Source: an uncultured Verrucomicrobiae bacterium
GTDB lineage: Bacteria > Verrucomicrobiota > Verrucomicrobiia > Limisphaerales > Palsa-1400
Reading direction: 5' to 3'
Length of the DNA: 64,000 nt
Assembly: GCA_963707025.1 (NCBI GenBank)
Contig: CAVPOM010000006.1
Span: 448,001-512,000 of the forward strand
The translations under genes were made by a program, and so were the position numbers. Positions 62,282 through 64,000 of this stretch are shown piece by piece (position 1 is the first letter of the stretch; the number at the start of each line of letters is the position of its first letter). The notes below the pieces were generated by a model. That model saw only the letters and a program-made list of their open reading frames with translations. It ran no database searches and was not told the origin of the DNA.

Positions 62282-62950
62282 GTGAATAACATCGCAAAAG
62301 TGGGAAAGAGGCTGGCCCTGGCGATGGTTTTGGCGACGGTGGCCATTGGCGCGGGGCTTTTGATCGCCTTGATTATGGGCAAGCACGAGGGCGTGCCGCC
62401 GGTGGTGGCGGCTGAAACGATCCAGCTTCCCGAGCCAACCATTCCGGGACCTGCCTTTGTGGGACCGGTCAAAGCTTCGGCCAATGGCCTGGCCCAGCGG
62501 CCGGCGGGGCAGGGCTGGACAAACCCGGCGGAAGCCCCGGACAGCCGGCCTTGGGAACAAAGGCTGGACGGCATCCTGCTGGGCGGCGGAGAAGCCAACG
62601 ACAAGGCGGACATGATCCGCAAACTGATGAAGGACGCGCCGGCGGAGGCGCAGGTGGAGTTGGCCCATCATTTGATCAACATGGTGCAGGACGATCACTA
62701 CGACGGGGCGGCGGAATTGCTGACCAACGCCAGCACCCAGCCGGAGGTGGCCACCGTGCTGATGAATGACTTGCTCAACCGGCGGAACACGCTGAAACTG
62801 CCGATGCTCCTGGCCATCGCGCGCAATGATGATCACCCCCTCAAGGACCAAGCCAAGGATATGCTGGAGCTGTTTCTCCAGGCCGATTATGCCACCAACT
62901 GGGACCAGTGGGCCAGCGCGGTGGATAGCTGGCTGCAACAAAACCAGTAG
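62282..62950 (+). CDS. Hypothetical membrane-anchored helical protein
   Basis: N-terminal TM, Pro-rich linker, HEAT-like helical domain. Confidence 0.7.
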   Translation: MNNIAKVGKRLALAMVLATVAIGAGLLIALIMGKHEGVPPVVAAETIQLPEPTIPGPAFVGPVKASANGLAQRPAGQGWTNPAEAPDSRPWEQRLDGILLGGGEANDKADMIRKLMKDAPAEAQVELAHHLINMVQDDHYDGAAELLTNASTQPEVATVLMNDLLNRRNTLKLPMLLAIARNDDHPLKDQAKDMLELFLQADYATNWDQWASAVDSWLQQNQ

Positions 62951-63066
62951 GGGAATTGCGGACCTATTTTCGCTACGCTGCGGCGCGGCATGTTGCGGAT
63001 TGCGAATTGTGAGAAGGAACGTTTGGAGGGGTGTGGGTGGTTGTCATTACATGCCGGAATAATAAT

Positions 63067-64000
63067 ATGAAACAGAATCAACCAAATGACGCGAGGCTGT
63101 TGCATGAGATACGACCGACGAACCTGCTTTCTTTTGGTCCTGACACGGCGGCATTGCCCCTGGAAAATCTGAACGTGTTGATCGGCCCGAACGGGGCGGG
63201 CAAGTCGAATTTGATGGAGGCTCTGGCGTTAATGCGGGCGACGCCCATTGCCTCACAAACAACTTCCAACGCCGATGTGCGAGGGGTGGTGCGGCGCGGT
63301 GGCGGCGCGCCGGAGTGGATTTGGAAGGGAGGGAAAGACCGGCCGGCCTGCGTGGAATTGGTCATCAACAATCCGAAAGGCAAGCAACCGCTGCGGCACA
63401 TCTTCGCGTTTGGCGGCGACTCGCATGGATTCAGGTTGCACGACGAGCGCGTGGAGAACGAATTGCCTTACGGCACTCAGACCGAGTCGTATTTCTATTA
63501 TCACTTCCAAGGCGGGCGTCCGGTTATCAATACTGCCGGTCAAGAGAAGCGAAAGCTGGCACAGGAGACGGTCAACCTGGAACAATCAATTCTTTCGCAG
63601 CGGCGCGACCCGGAGCTATACCCTGAAATCACGTATCTGGCGGAGACCTACGAGAAGTGGCGCATCTACCGGGAGTGGGCGTTCGGCCGGAACACGGTTT
63701 TCCGTGAACCGCAAAAAGCAGACATGCGCAATGACCGGCTGGAAGAGGATTTTTCAAACCTGGGGCTTTTCCTCAGCCGGTTGCGCAAGACACCCAAGGC
63801 GAAGAAGGCCATCCTGGATGGACTCAGCAACCTTTACGAGGGTCTAACCGACTTCGAGCCATTCGTTGAGGGCGGAAGTGTTCAGGTAATCTTCACCGAG
63901 GGTGATTTCTCCATTCCGGCGACACGGCTGTCGGATGGCACGCTTCGTTACCTGTGCCTGCTGGCGATCCTTTGCGATCCCACGCCACCGCCGCTGATTT
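63067..64000 (+). CDS. AAA_21/AAA_15-type ABC ATPase (runs off the window; absent from the ORF track)
   Basis: Translated by hand: NLLSFG, NVLIGPNGAGKSN Walker A, and LSDGTLRYLCLLAIL signature in the same frame at the window end. Confidence 0.85.
   Translation, partial: MKQNQPNDARLLHEIRPTNLLSFGPDTAALPLENLNVLIGPNGAGKSNLMEALALMRATPIASQTTSNADVRGVVRRGGGAPEWIWKGGKDRPACVELVINNPKGKQPLRHIFAFGGDSHGFRLHDERVENELPYGTQTESYFYYHFQGGRPVINTAGQEKRKLAQETVNLEQSILSQRRDPELYPEITYLAETYEKWRIYREWAFGRNTVFREPQKADMRNDRLEEDFSNLGLFLSRLRKTPKAKKAILDGLSNLYEGLTDFEPFVEGGSVQVIFTEGDFSIPATRLSDGTLRYLCLLAILCDPTPPPLI

Overview
A GC-rich bacterial chromosomal window, most likely Verrucomicrobiota (Pedosphaera/Limisphaerales-like). 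This is inferred from the long ECF sigma factors, an ECF/Ser-Thr kinase pair, an H-X9-DG prepilin and Gly/TN-rich secreted proteins. It holds housekeeping genes (pssA, alpha2-type glyQS, moaD/moaE, gluconokinase, a ClpX paralogue), carbohydrate enzymes (oligogalacturonate lyase family, GH95, a DUF5695-like protein), three ECF sigma factors, several toxin-antitoxin loci, an IS4-family element with a 9-bp target duplication, and several small repeat families. The main block is a ~17 kb minus-strand type II secretion locus. It starts from a consensus sigma54 promoter with two tandem palindromic enhancer sites, has Spy/CpxP/ZraP-like secreted proteins at its head and a secretin split over two genes, and ends with a histidine kinase plus an NtrC-type activator. 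The most unusual signals are: (1) a dual-coding locus where an 84-aa ORF is nested in another frame of a degenerate Doc/Fic-like gene that has no usable start codon downstream of its promoter; (2) the apparently self-regulated T2SS; (3) a 121-bp MITE that carries a REP doublet; (4) Thr-Asn enrichment confined to extracytoplasmic protein segments; (5) repeated leaderless promoter architecture. At least six genes carry single-base frameshifts, probably assembly errors. I found no rRNA, tRNA or CRISPR array. All family assignments come from motif recognition by eye, not database searches.
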